A DNA stretch of 64,000 nucleotides. Origin: a virus. Below, piece after piece: positions 8,142 to 17,400 of the stretch (position 1 is its first letter; every line of letters starts with the position of its first letter). The position numbers were made by a program, and so were the translations under genes. The DNA lies in the IMG/VR virus record IMGVR_UViG_3300045988_171772, positions 160,001 through 224,000 of that record; one strand, 5' to 3'. Under the pieces are notes generated by a model. The model was not told the origin of the DNA. It saw nothing but the letters and a program-made list of their open reading frames with translations, and ran no database searches.

Positions 8142-9197
8142 TTATTCCTCCTCAGAAACATCAGGAGTGTTATCCACAGAAATATCCTCACCGATATCAG
8201 GGATATCCGGGATATCATTCACCAGGGTCTGATCAGGATCACCATTGAGATCGATTCCATTGATAAACTCTTCATCTTCGGTATTCTCTTCAGAAGGATT
8301 CGCTTCCTCTACTTCCTGAGGAGTATCATTCGCATCCTCAGGAGGATTCTGAATCAGATCTTCCAGGCGAACACCGGTAGGAATGATCGTATTGGCATTG
8401 GGATCCATCAAATCCTTCATAGGATCAACCAGCGCTCTACCATTGTAGTTGAATTTCCGAGAGTCATCTTTCAGAAACCCCTCAAAGAAACTCATGGTAT
8501 CACTGGAAGTCAACCCGAAAGAGTTGGAAGGAATCTGAGTTCCATCCAGACTATAGAAGTTGATCTCATTGCTGGAGCGAATCATATTGCAGAAGCGATT
8601 GTAGAGACCAAAGGCATAATAAGCAATGACCTGAATCGCATCCGACGGGAAGAGATAATCACTGTGCTCATACAGCACAATCTGAGAAACCGCTTGCTGA
8701 TAGGCATCCAACACAATCGGAGGATAGACAACCTTTTCAGGGTCATCCGAGGGATTGGCCGGAATGGAAACCGACGGAGGAAGCATACCGAAGCGAGTAT
8801 GAGCAACCTCTACCAAGGAAGCTGCTTCCTTGATAATGACATCCATATCCGGAGTTTCTTCCTTGGACTTGACATTGGTAAGCTCTTTGAGAATGAAGGT
8901 CATCACAATATCATCGATATAGTTTGTAAGCACCAATACATCGGTGGCTTTGCGGATCTCATTCAGCTTGGCATAATCCTCGTGGCAGATCCCCAGCTTA
9001 ACCAGAGCTGCTGCATAATTCAGACTTTCCTTCTCCATCTCCATGATGTGAGGATAGACCTGATACGGATTGCGAATAGTGCCGAAGTAGGACGACACAG
9101 TGGAATACTTATTGAAAGCATCCGCGATGATGTCTCTGCCAATATTGGTAGTCCCATCAAAGCAACCTGTGACCGTCATAATCGTTTTAACACCCAT
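8142..9197 (-). CDS. hypothetical protein with acidic C-terminal tail (351 aa)
   Basis: AAAGGAGG lies 7 nt upstream. Its stop is 6 nt from the thyX start, so the two are likely co-transcribed. Confidence 0.7.
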   Translation of the reverse strand: MGVKTIMTVTGCFDGTTNIGRDIIADAFNKYSTVSSYFGTIRNPYQVYPHIMEMEKESLNYAAALVKLGICHEDYAKLNEIRKATDVLVLTNYIDDIVMTFILKELTNVKSKEETPDMDVIIKEAASLVEVAHTRFGMLPPSVSIPANPSDDPEKVVYPPIVLDAYQQAVSQIVLYEHSDYLFPSDAIQVIAYYAFGLYNRFCNMIRSSNEINFYSLDGTQIPSNSFGLTSSDTMSFFEGFLKDDSRKFNYNGRALVDPMKDLMDPNANTIIPTGVRLEDLIQNPPEDANDTPQEVEEANPSEENTEDEEFINGIDLNGDPDQTLVNDIPDIPDIGEDISVDNTPDVSEEE

Positions 9198-9261
9198 TAT
9201 TATTTCCTCCTTTATAGAAATAAAATTCGGATTACTATTTTGCTTTTCATGACTTAGGAAA

Positions 9262-9317
9262 TCAAAATAAGATACTATATAGAAGAAACATGAGATCTAT
9301 TCCTACTATATAGTATC
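9262..9317 (-). terminator. intrinsic terminator
   Basis: Perfect 12-bp stem 9271-9282/9306-9317, followed on the minus strand by TTATTTTGATTT. Confidence 0.65.
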
Positions 9318-9330
9318 GAATCTTTAAAAT

Positions 9331-10620
9331 TTATGCAGAGGTAGTGGTATCCTCATATCCTCCAAGAAGTGTGACTTTCACTACAGGAACGAGAATATCT
9401 GCATTCTTAGACATAACACACTTGACTTCGGATACTCGATAAGAGCCACCCTTATCAGAAAGCTCTGCGTCGGTGAAGCTCATAGAGATTTCCATATTGG
9501 GTTTGAATGCATCCAGATCCACAGCGGTGAATTCACACTCTGCTTGTTTGGAAGCTTCCTTGATACTCATAGCAAGAGCATCCCCATTGCTGGTACCATC
9601 TGTATTGGAATATACCTTGGTATTCTCACCCATTGCAGTGGTAGTGGCACCGGTCTCATAGGTACTCTTCTCACCAGTAGCGCTATTAACCACCATCATG
9701 TTACTACCAACTGTCTGAGTAGCTACCACAGAAGGAGTCGAGAAATGCATAGCATTCTCTTCCAGATTCACATGATACTCTTCTCCATCTTTGAAGCATC
9801 CACAGCAAGATCCATAGGAGTCTGATTCGTTATTGACAGATTCCACGATGGTTCTTCTTGCATCTCCACCAACCCATGCAGTGCATTTGGCATTCTTATT
9901 CAGGATATATCCTCGATCTGTATCGAAGAATACCAAGGTACCACAATCGTTTGTATTGTAGTTATTGGTCACCCAGGAGATTGCCTTAACTGCACTATAG
10001 GGAGGAATGATGATCTGCTCATAGGTCTGCTCCACAGTAGGAGGACTACACAGAATATTAGAAAGAGAAGCTTGGTTACATATCCAGACGACAGCATCAA
10101 TCGGAGTGGTGTCTTGTAAGACTCCATTGACAGTATTCTTTGCATTGAATAAGAATTCCTCATTATACAAAGCTACTCTCGTAGTAGTCATATTCGACAA
10201 GTCTGATTGATTGTCTGCCTCTTTCTCTTCATATTCTTCAATCTCTTTTACATTGGTAGCCACCGATGCTTCATCTGAGAATACATAGAAGTTACCTTCT
10301 ATTGCAGATTCCCATCCGAGACCAGAATGATCTTCTGAAGAGTCATCTTGTCCTTCACCATTCATACTGATTTCATCATAGGCTTTTTGTAAGTCAATAT
10401 AAGCTCTGACTTCGATATTCTCTTCTTTCATATGACGGAATACAGCATTTGGAATGGTAATTGTCAGCTCAAAGTAAGGTAAAAACATTGTGTCATAGGG
10501 TTTCTCTATGACAATTTCAGAAACGTATTGAGGGTCTATTTCTTCAGAGCTTCCATTCACATCCAAAGTGAATTTATTCACTCGGTAGACACACGCTTTG
10601 AATTGGGATTCACCTGCCAT
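9331..10620 (-). CDS. hypothetical protein (429 aa), possibly virion/baseplate-associated
   Basis: Long ORF with GGAGGG 12 nt upstream. The structural role is only a guess from a beta-rich, T/S/N-rich composition. Confidence 0.6.
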   Translation of the reverse strand: MAGESQFKACVYRVNKFTLDVNGSSEEIDPQYVSEIVIEKPYDTMFLPYFELTITIPNAVFRHMKEENIEVRAYIDLQKAYDEISMNGEGQDDSSEDHSGLGWESAIEGNFYVFSDEASVATNVKEIEEYEEKEADNQSDLSNMTTTRVALYNEEFLFNAKNTVNGVLQDTTPIDAVVWICNQASLSNILCSPPTVEQTYEQIIIPPYSAVKAISWVTNNYNTNDCGTLVFFDTDRGYILNKNAKCTAWVGGDARRTIVESVNNESDSYGSCCGCFKDGEEYHVNLEENAMHFSTPSVVATQTVGSNMMVVNSATGEKSTYETGATTTAMGENTKVYSNTDGTSNGDALAMSIKEASKQAECEFTAVDLDAFKPNMEISMSFTDAELSDKGGSYRVSEVKCVMSKNADILVPVVKVTLLGGYEDTTTSA

Positions 10621-10676
10621 AATGTAAGAAATCCCTCCATTTCTATTAGGAAAATCTTAATGGAATGTCAGAATTG

Positions 10677-10731
10677 AATAAAAAAGAAAGCTCCCCATGT
10701 TCTTATATGGTAAAGAAACATAGGGAGCTTT
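10677..10731 (-). terminator. intrinsic terminator located upstream of the 429-aa gene start
   Basis: Stem 10687-10701/10717-10731 (14 of 15 bp), followed on the minus strand by CTTTTTTATT. Confidence 0.55.
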
Positions 10732-10865
10732 AAGGGGGTAGATAGCGGGCATAGGAGTCATAATACGGAAGCAGAAAGAGATATCATTATGAAAGGAAGT
10801 CATGTCATTGCCCATGATGAATATTCAACCGGAAAGGAATCGGCATATTCATTGCTATCTCTACC
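10732..10865 (-). ncRNA. candidate structured leader or small RNA
   Basis: Lies between promoter-like motif 10866-10877 and terminator 10677-10731. Long-range pairing GGTAGATAGC (10737-10746) with GCTATCTCTACC (10854-10865), plus an inner stem ATGAATAT/ATATTCAT. Confidence 0.3.
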
Positions 10866-10877
10866 AAAATAATATAT
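10866..10877 (-). promoter_or_regulatory. promoter-like motif ATATATTATTTT
   Basis: Copy of RTATATTATT in the divergent intergenic region, pointing toward 10620. Confidence 0.3.
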
Positions 10878-10958
10878 AGGAATAATTCTTTTTCTCATAC
10901 TCAATATACTAGGCCGAAAAACACTGCCTTAAATGATGAAGGTAGGTGATCATTAAAT

Positions 10959-13900
10959 ATGGCCCTAACTAGCATTTCGGCTCGAGAATTTCAGTCTGCA
11001 TTATTGGAGATATCGACGGATATCACCTGGAAGGATACCTATCGAGCACAAGAAGGCGAAGATAGCGCCTACTACTTTTTGATTGACAAATACTTGGCAG
11101 CTGCTAGATTGCTGCTTGGAAAATACTCTTCTACTACATTGAATGTCTATCTGGATTACGATAAGACGAAGTTTGATAACTTCATTACTTCATCCAGTAA
11201 CAACGGTACCATGACAAAGGAAGAAGCTGCGGCATTCCGTACGATGTATAACTACGTCGAGCATAATGACTATTACAGGATGCTGAATGGTCTTCCAGCT
11301 ATGGGAGCATTGGATGAGTATCTCGTATATCCAGATGGATTTTATGATCCTCTTACCAGTAACCACTATGAAAAGATCACACGAGTAACTGCCTTGGAAG
11401 ATATACCAACATATCCTTCGTATGTATCTCCCTATCCCACTGATACCACTTTCAAAGAAGGAGAGACATACGATATCTTGGCAGAAGCGAATAATCGTTA
11501 TCGTATCTCGATTATCAATCTCAATAGACCGATTGATGAATTCTGGATCGATAAATCAGATACCGCTCTGAGAATCTTCCAGGTAAACTCACAAAAGAGA
11601 ATCCCGGTGCATAAATGGAGTAGCGTTGATATTCTTCGATGGGAGACTACCGATGATTTTACCAATTTCATTGCGGAGCATTCCTCGGATCAATATCAAT
11701 ATCTTCAGCATATGACCACCAAAAAGATTCGTCCTTATGTAGCTCGTCTTGCTGATCGATTTGCTCTTCTCTATTGCCCGACATCGGATCCTGAAAACCT
11801 TTCGAATGACTTTAAGGATGCCTATGAGAAAGCGAGACTCATGATGATCTCTGTCTTCTATACAGAAGGTCTTCGTCAGAGGGAAGGACGTTACTATGAA
11901 TCCTTCATTGCAATGTCCATTCTCTTTATGGCCCTCAACTATATGAATTACAAATATCTCGATGTCGATATTGACAGAGACTTCTACGATTTGGATTCAT
12001 TGAAGTTGATTTATGAAGCCTATGGAGTTCCTTTCTATGAGGATATTCCTCTTACCTATCACAAGAGAATCGTTAAGAATATTAACCGACTCATCAAGTA
12101 TAAGGGATCCAATAAAGTCTTCGTAGAGCTTTGTGATCTATTCGATTATGATATCCTTGGTATCTATCAATACTATCTCCTCAAAAAGAGAAAGTTTGAT
12201 ACCAATGGAAATCCGATTACCGTCTACAAACAGAAAGAGGATGTTGCTGGTAATCTCCAATATGAGACTTACAAGCAATTCAAAGCCCTGTATGACTTGA
12301 AAACCTATCCGAATAGTCGCACAGGAGTTCCTGCTAAGTTTATCGCTCAGGCAGGAAGAACCTATGAGATTCTGGATGAGACAGATACTCGATATGCCAT
12401 TCGTGGTACTGGTAGTGCCATCTATTGGGTAGCGAAGAATGATCAGGTTATGACTGTATCGGATGCTACTCATGTAAAACTCTTTATCTCCAATGCGGTG
12501 GATACTTATAACTCCTATGAGGATATGAATACGCCTGGAGCAGAAGTATCTCACTGGAGACTTCCTGCTGGTACTACATGGGAGATCAATGAATATCCTC
12601 CCACTGGTGTAGATCGTACTGGGTATAAAGAAAGCTGGGTATGTATTACCCGTGAGTCTACCAATCCCATGTATGATGGTAAGATCTATTATGTGAAGCT
12701 CAATGCTTCTGCCTATATGGATGATTATGAGTATCTGAATGATGCAAATGGATATCGGATTCCCATCATGATAGAAGACTCAGAAGCGATGTATGATGTG
12801 TCCTTCTTGAAGTCTAACATTGAAGAGAATCCCTATAATAACATGAGTGACAAGGATAACTACCTTGGATATCATGAAGTCGTTGATATTGACGATTACT
12901 GGTTCGATGATACTGATACCAGAAATACCATGTATAATAACGACTATAACTACATCGAGACGAAGTATATCGGTGTGCAGCTGACATTTGATCTCTGTGA
13001 ATTGGTATATGAATCATGCTACTTCATGGGTATGCTCAGAGATAATAAGGAGTCTACCTATCCTCTGATGATTTCTCATGATCGTATGGGCATGGATGTC
13101 CCTCTGTGGGATTTTGTCTTGTATGTATTTGCAGCAATCTGCAAGAAGAATGGATATCCTGGTGTCATTCCTCATGAACCCTCTAAGGTAGCTCGTATCT
13201 ATGGATACAACTATAAAGGAATTTTCCAGATATTGAAAGAAACCTCGTTACAGGGTCTTCAGATTAAGAAAGACTTCTACGATGAGGAGACTGGTCAATA
13301 TATTGGTCAATTCAATAAATTCAATATCGCCATTGGTAATACCGAGTATCATGGAGATACCATTCAAGACTGGGCTTCTTTGGAGAAGCATCTGCAAGAG
13401 ACCCAGGAAGGAAAAGAGCTCTATACAGAATTCATTCAGTCTCTGGATAAACTCGTTATCTCGGATATGGCCAGTGTTGATGTAGCCTATTGTACCATGA
13501 AGGATGTCATGGAGAAGATCAATTACTTCTTAACAACTTCTGCCAATAGACTGGAATATCAGGCATGGTCTCAGCTCTTCCATATTGTCTATTCCACAGA
13601 ATTGATTGACGATGTATTTCGTAAATCAGATGGTACGATTGCGGAAAGCTTCATGGATCTTCTGGAGGATTCCAATCCTCTTATGTGGTCTAGACTGGAG
13701 AATAATGATTCTGAAACCGATTTGAATTTTGAGATTAACTATTGCCTGGTGCAATTGGAGAATCTCTGTAGCGAATTGAAGTATATGGAATTCATTGATG
13801 GTGCTGATATTGACATCATCACTGAGTATCTGTATAAGATGCTTCGCTATTTCAAATCTGCTAAGGTAGACTTGGTAGACTTTGATCTGGTATTCAGAAT

Positions 13901-14330
13901 CACCAATCGTACTGAGAATATGCTGAAGCTTCTTGCGGATCTGGATGTTATCGTTCATAAGACCTATATTGACGATCCTCATCTGACCGTAGTGGATGTG
14001 GTGTGGAAGCAGCTTCTGAAGAATCATATCTATGATAGAGACTTCGTCTTCTACTTTACAGATTACATCACACAAGAGATGCATCTTGAAAGACTTCCTG
14101 ATGATCACTTTGAGACTACTGAGAGTATCGAAGATCAGATCGAAGGTATGCTTCAAGATGAGATTAAGAAAGTAACTCATGAATCCTCTATGTATGAGCA
14201 GCTTCCCTATAAGGATGATATTGAAATTTATAAAGAAGCTACCACTGGTAAGGGAGTCATTGAGACGATGAACTTTACCGATGCTCTGATTCTTTTGGAG
14301 AGTCATACAGAAGAGGAAGAAACTCCCTAA
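10959..14330 (+). CDS. large hypothetical protein (1123 aa), probable virion component
   Basis: Uninterrupted 3.4-kb ORF with an AGGTAGGTGA SD. It contains SH3-like stretches (e.g. GRTYEILDETDTRYAIRGTGSAIYWV) like those in the neighbouring hydrolase. Confidence 0.7.
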   Translation: MALTSISAREFQSALLEISTDITWKDTYRAQEGEDSAYYFLIDKYLAAARLLLGKYSSTTLNVYLDYDKTKFDNFITSSSNNGTMTKEEAAAFRTMYNYVEHNDYYRMLNGLPAMGALDEYLVYPDGFYDPLTSNHYEKITRVTALEDIPTYPSYVSPYPTDTTFKEGETYDILAEANNRYRISIINLNRPIDEFWIDKSDTALRIFQVNSQKRIPVHKWSSVDILRWETTDDFTNFIAEHSSDQYQYLQHMTTKKIRPYVARLADRFALLYCPTSDPENLSNDFKDAYEKARLMMISVFYTEGLRQREGRYYESFIAMSILFMALNYMNYKYLDVDIDRDFYDLDSLKLIYEAYGVPFYEDIPLTYHKRIVKNINRLIKYKGSNKVFVELCDLFDYDILGIYQYYLLKKRKFDTNGNPITVYKQKEDVAGNLQYETYKQFKALYDLKTYPNSRTGVPAKFIAQAGRTYEILDETDTRYAIRGTGSAIYWVAKNDQVMTVSDATHVKLFISNAVDTYNSYEDMNTPGAEVSHWRLPAGTTWEINEYPPTGVDRTGYKESWVCITRESTNPMYDGKIYYVKLNASAYMDDYEYLNDANGYRIPIMIEDSEAMYDVSFLKSNIEENPYNNMSDKDNYLGYHEVVDIDDYWFDDTDTRNTMYNNDYNYIETKYIGVQLTFDLCELVYESCYFMGMLRDNKESTYPLMISHDRMGMDVPLWDFVLYVFAAICKKNGYPGVIPHEPSKVARIYGYNYKGIFQILKETSLQGLQIKKDFYDEETGQYIGQFNKFNIAIGNTEYHGDTIQDWASLEKHLQETQEGKELYTEFIQSLDKLVISDMASVDVAYCTMKDVMEKINYFLTTSANRLEYQAWSQLFHIVYSTELIDDVFRKSDGTIAESFMDLLEDSNPLMWSRLENNDSETDLNFEINYCLVQLENLCSELKYMEFIDGADIDIITEYLYKMLRYFKSAKVDLVDFDLVFRITNRTENMLKLLADLDVIVHKTYIDDPHLTVVDVVWKQLLKNHIYDRDFVFYFTDYITQEMHLERLPDDHFETTESIEDQIEGMLQDEIKKVTHESSMYEQLPYKDDIEIYKEATTGKGVIETMNFTDALILLESHTEEEETP

Positions 14331-14340
14331 GTATTTTTAT

Positions 14341-14397
14341 ATCAGAAAGGCTTCTATGGAATTTCTCTATAGAGGTCTTTCTGATTTTTTATTTTTA
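14341..14397 (+). terminator. intrinsic terminator
   Basis: 17-bp stem 14341-14357/14369-14385. Its two non-Watson-Crick positions are G-U pairs only on the plus strand, and it is followed by TTTTTTATTTTT. Confidence 0.75.
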
Positions 14398-14465
14398 AAG
14401 ATTGAAATGGGGATGATCCGAGTACCTTAGGTTAAATCCATAGGAAAGGAGATCACAAGATTCAT

Positions 14466-17400
14466 ATGGAAAAAGCATATTTTGGTATGAATACACTCCG
14501 TGTGACATATGGCCCTCATGGGAATAAATCCCACAAGAATTCTTGGGCTATTGACCTCGGTGGTGCAGATACCGGAATCGACCCTTTTTATGCTCCCTAT
14601 ACGGGAATCGTCCGTAGACTGAGATCCAATTCGAATGAATTGTGGTTTGAGTCTTCCGAACCTGTCCAGTGGGCTGATGGTACCCAGGACTATGTAACCA
14701 TCATGATGGTCCATGCCAACTCTGTACCGGTAGCATCTGGTCAGACTGTGAAGCAGGGTGAGCATCTCTACAATGAAGGTACCAAAGGAAATGCCACTGG
14801 TAACCATATCCACTTCGAAGTGGGTAAGGGTAAATTCGTTTCTCCCTATGGCTGGTATGACAATGGCAAGGGTGACGATGGATCCTCTGTGTGGAATATC
14901 TACAATCAGGTGGATCCTACCAGAGTATTCTTCCTGAAGAAAGATACCAAAATCATGGCCGTTGGTTCAGATAACACCACTGGTGCTTCTCTGAATTGGA
15001 AGGTGGATGATGGTACCACTCCTGGTACTCTGGAGAAAAATTCGTATTTCACCGTCGGTGTTGGAAATATGGAGTATTTCAGCACCACGGATGTCAATTC
15101 GAATCTGGGATATCTGGAGAATGGAAGAACCTACATTGCCTATGACTCTTATGTGGGATCTGATTATACCTGGTGGAGATTCCGTCATCCTGATGGGAAT
15201 CTCTATTGGACTGCCATGATCTGGAATCGCTGCAGTGCCTATGGTACCATTGCGGAAACCAAGATTGATGGTAAGGTGGCAGTGGCTTCTTCTGAGACTG
15301 CTCTGTATAATTCTCCGGATCCCTTCAATGTCGCCAATTCTGTCTTGCCTTCCAATAGTCGGACTCCGATCTATTCTCAGGCGAATCTGACTCTGTATAA
15401 TAAGACCTGGTATAGCATCCAGGTAGGTGGGAAAATCTATTGGGTTCCTTCCGATAGTATCAGTATTGAAGATACATCTTGGGAAGATCTGCTGACGACT
15501 CTTCCCTCTGGTAGCACTCTGACCACCATTGTGGATGGCGTCTACTATTATTCGGAGCCCAATCCGAGTAAGGCAATCTCTCAGCTGCAGTTGGGTACCA
15601 CACTCACTGCTACCAGACAGTCTTGGACTGGCATCATGAATTACAATTGGTATGAAGCGATGCTGGAAGATGGGACTCTGGTCTATATTGTGGTCAACGA
15701 TACCCAGGTCACTCTTACTAAGGGTGGTGGAGGAACTGTGGATCCTCCGACAGATCCTGGTGACTATACCACCGAGATTACTGGTATTGACGTATCGAAA
15801 TACCAGAGTGATATCAACTGGGATCAGGTGAGAGGAGACCCTCAGAATATTCAGTTTGCATTCATTCGTGCTGTCTCTACTCGAGATGCAACCGCTCCCT
15901 ATGTGGATGAATACCTGATTCAGAATATGCAGGGTGCTCAGGCTGCTGGTATTCCGTATGGTGTCTACATTTTCACATACGGTGACAATGAAGCTGAGAT
16001 TGATGCAGAAGTGGATCTGTGTATCAATCAGCTCTCTGGTTTCAATGTCACTTATCCGGTGGCTTGGGACTTTGAGGCAGATAACTTCAAGGATACTTCC
16101 AAGAAGGAATACAATACAGATCTGATTCTGTATGCTCTGAGAAGAATCCAGAAGCGTGGATATCTTCCCATCTTATATACCTACTACAACATGATCAAGA
16201 ATTACGTGAATTATAATCGTATTCTTGAGAATGGGTTTGATATCTGGATTGCAGACTATCGTGGATACAATGGATTTGTCAATGAAGGTGGTAAGTGTAC
16301 CATCTGGCAGTATACCTCTTCTGGCAGTGTCAATGGTATCTCTGGTAGATGTGATATGGATACTTCTTATTTCGATTATCATCGGTATATCACCGACAAT
16401 GGTTGGAATAATGGAGCTACTTCTCAGTGGCCTTCGGAAGAATTCTATGGATATCTGACCATCAATGCTTCCAATGCAGAAGCATTCCCGTATCCCTCTG
16501 TCAATGCAGAAGGCAATTACTTCCTGCTGAATGGCGCAAGCTATTCTGTCATTGGTAAGTGCACTTCTGAGATTGAAGGATACACCTGGTATCTGATCAA
16601 GGACAATAACCTGATCCGGTATGTGCCCTTCCTTGGAGATCGTATGACTCTGACAGAAGGGAACTTCATCACTTCCAGTTATCGTTTCTATAAGACAACT
16701 ACGAAAACTTGGTTGTCTAACTATGAGACGATGGAATACTTCGATGAACCCAATGTCAATACTCAGCTGGGTTATCTGACAAGGAATAGCCCCTATGAAG
16801 TATTTGGTATTCTGGTGGATGTGGTCAATGATTACAAGTTCGTCATCATCAAGATGGACTCTGGCTATCATTACTGTGTCGACTTCTCGAAGGATGATAA
16901 GTGCTTCCTCTATGAGAGTGAAGACAGATATCCTCTGGATACTGTCCAGTCTGGTACCAAGCTGACCACCAATCAGGAATGGATTGGGTATTGGGAGATC
17001 CCCTCTACCTATGACAATAGTCCTCTGGAATTCCTGGATCCTGGAAAATACTACGATGTCGTCGGTAAGCTGAAATATCAGTATGACCGAAAGACATGGT
17101 ATGCCGTCAACATTCCGGATGTGGGAATCTACTATGTCATGGATGATGGCAAGAGCACCATCGTCCAGAATCAGTATAACATTCCGTATGACTATCAGCC
17201 TGTCGAGAATACCAATATCGAGATCTGTGCTGCTACCAATGGATATACATCCTGCGATGAATCTTCCACCGGTACTCCTCTGGTCATTGATAAGGTATAC
17301 TCTGTCTTTGGTAAGATTACGGATTCCTCTGTGTCTGGTGAATGGTACATTATCATTCAGAATGATGCAGCTGTGTATGTCAAGAATACTGAGAATGCTA

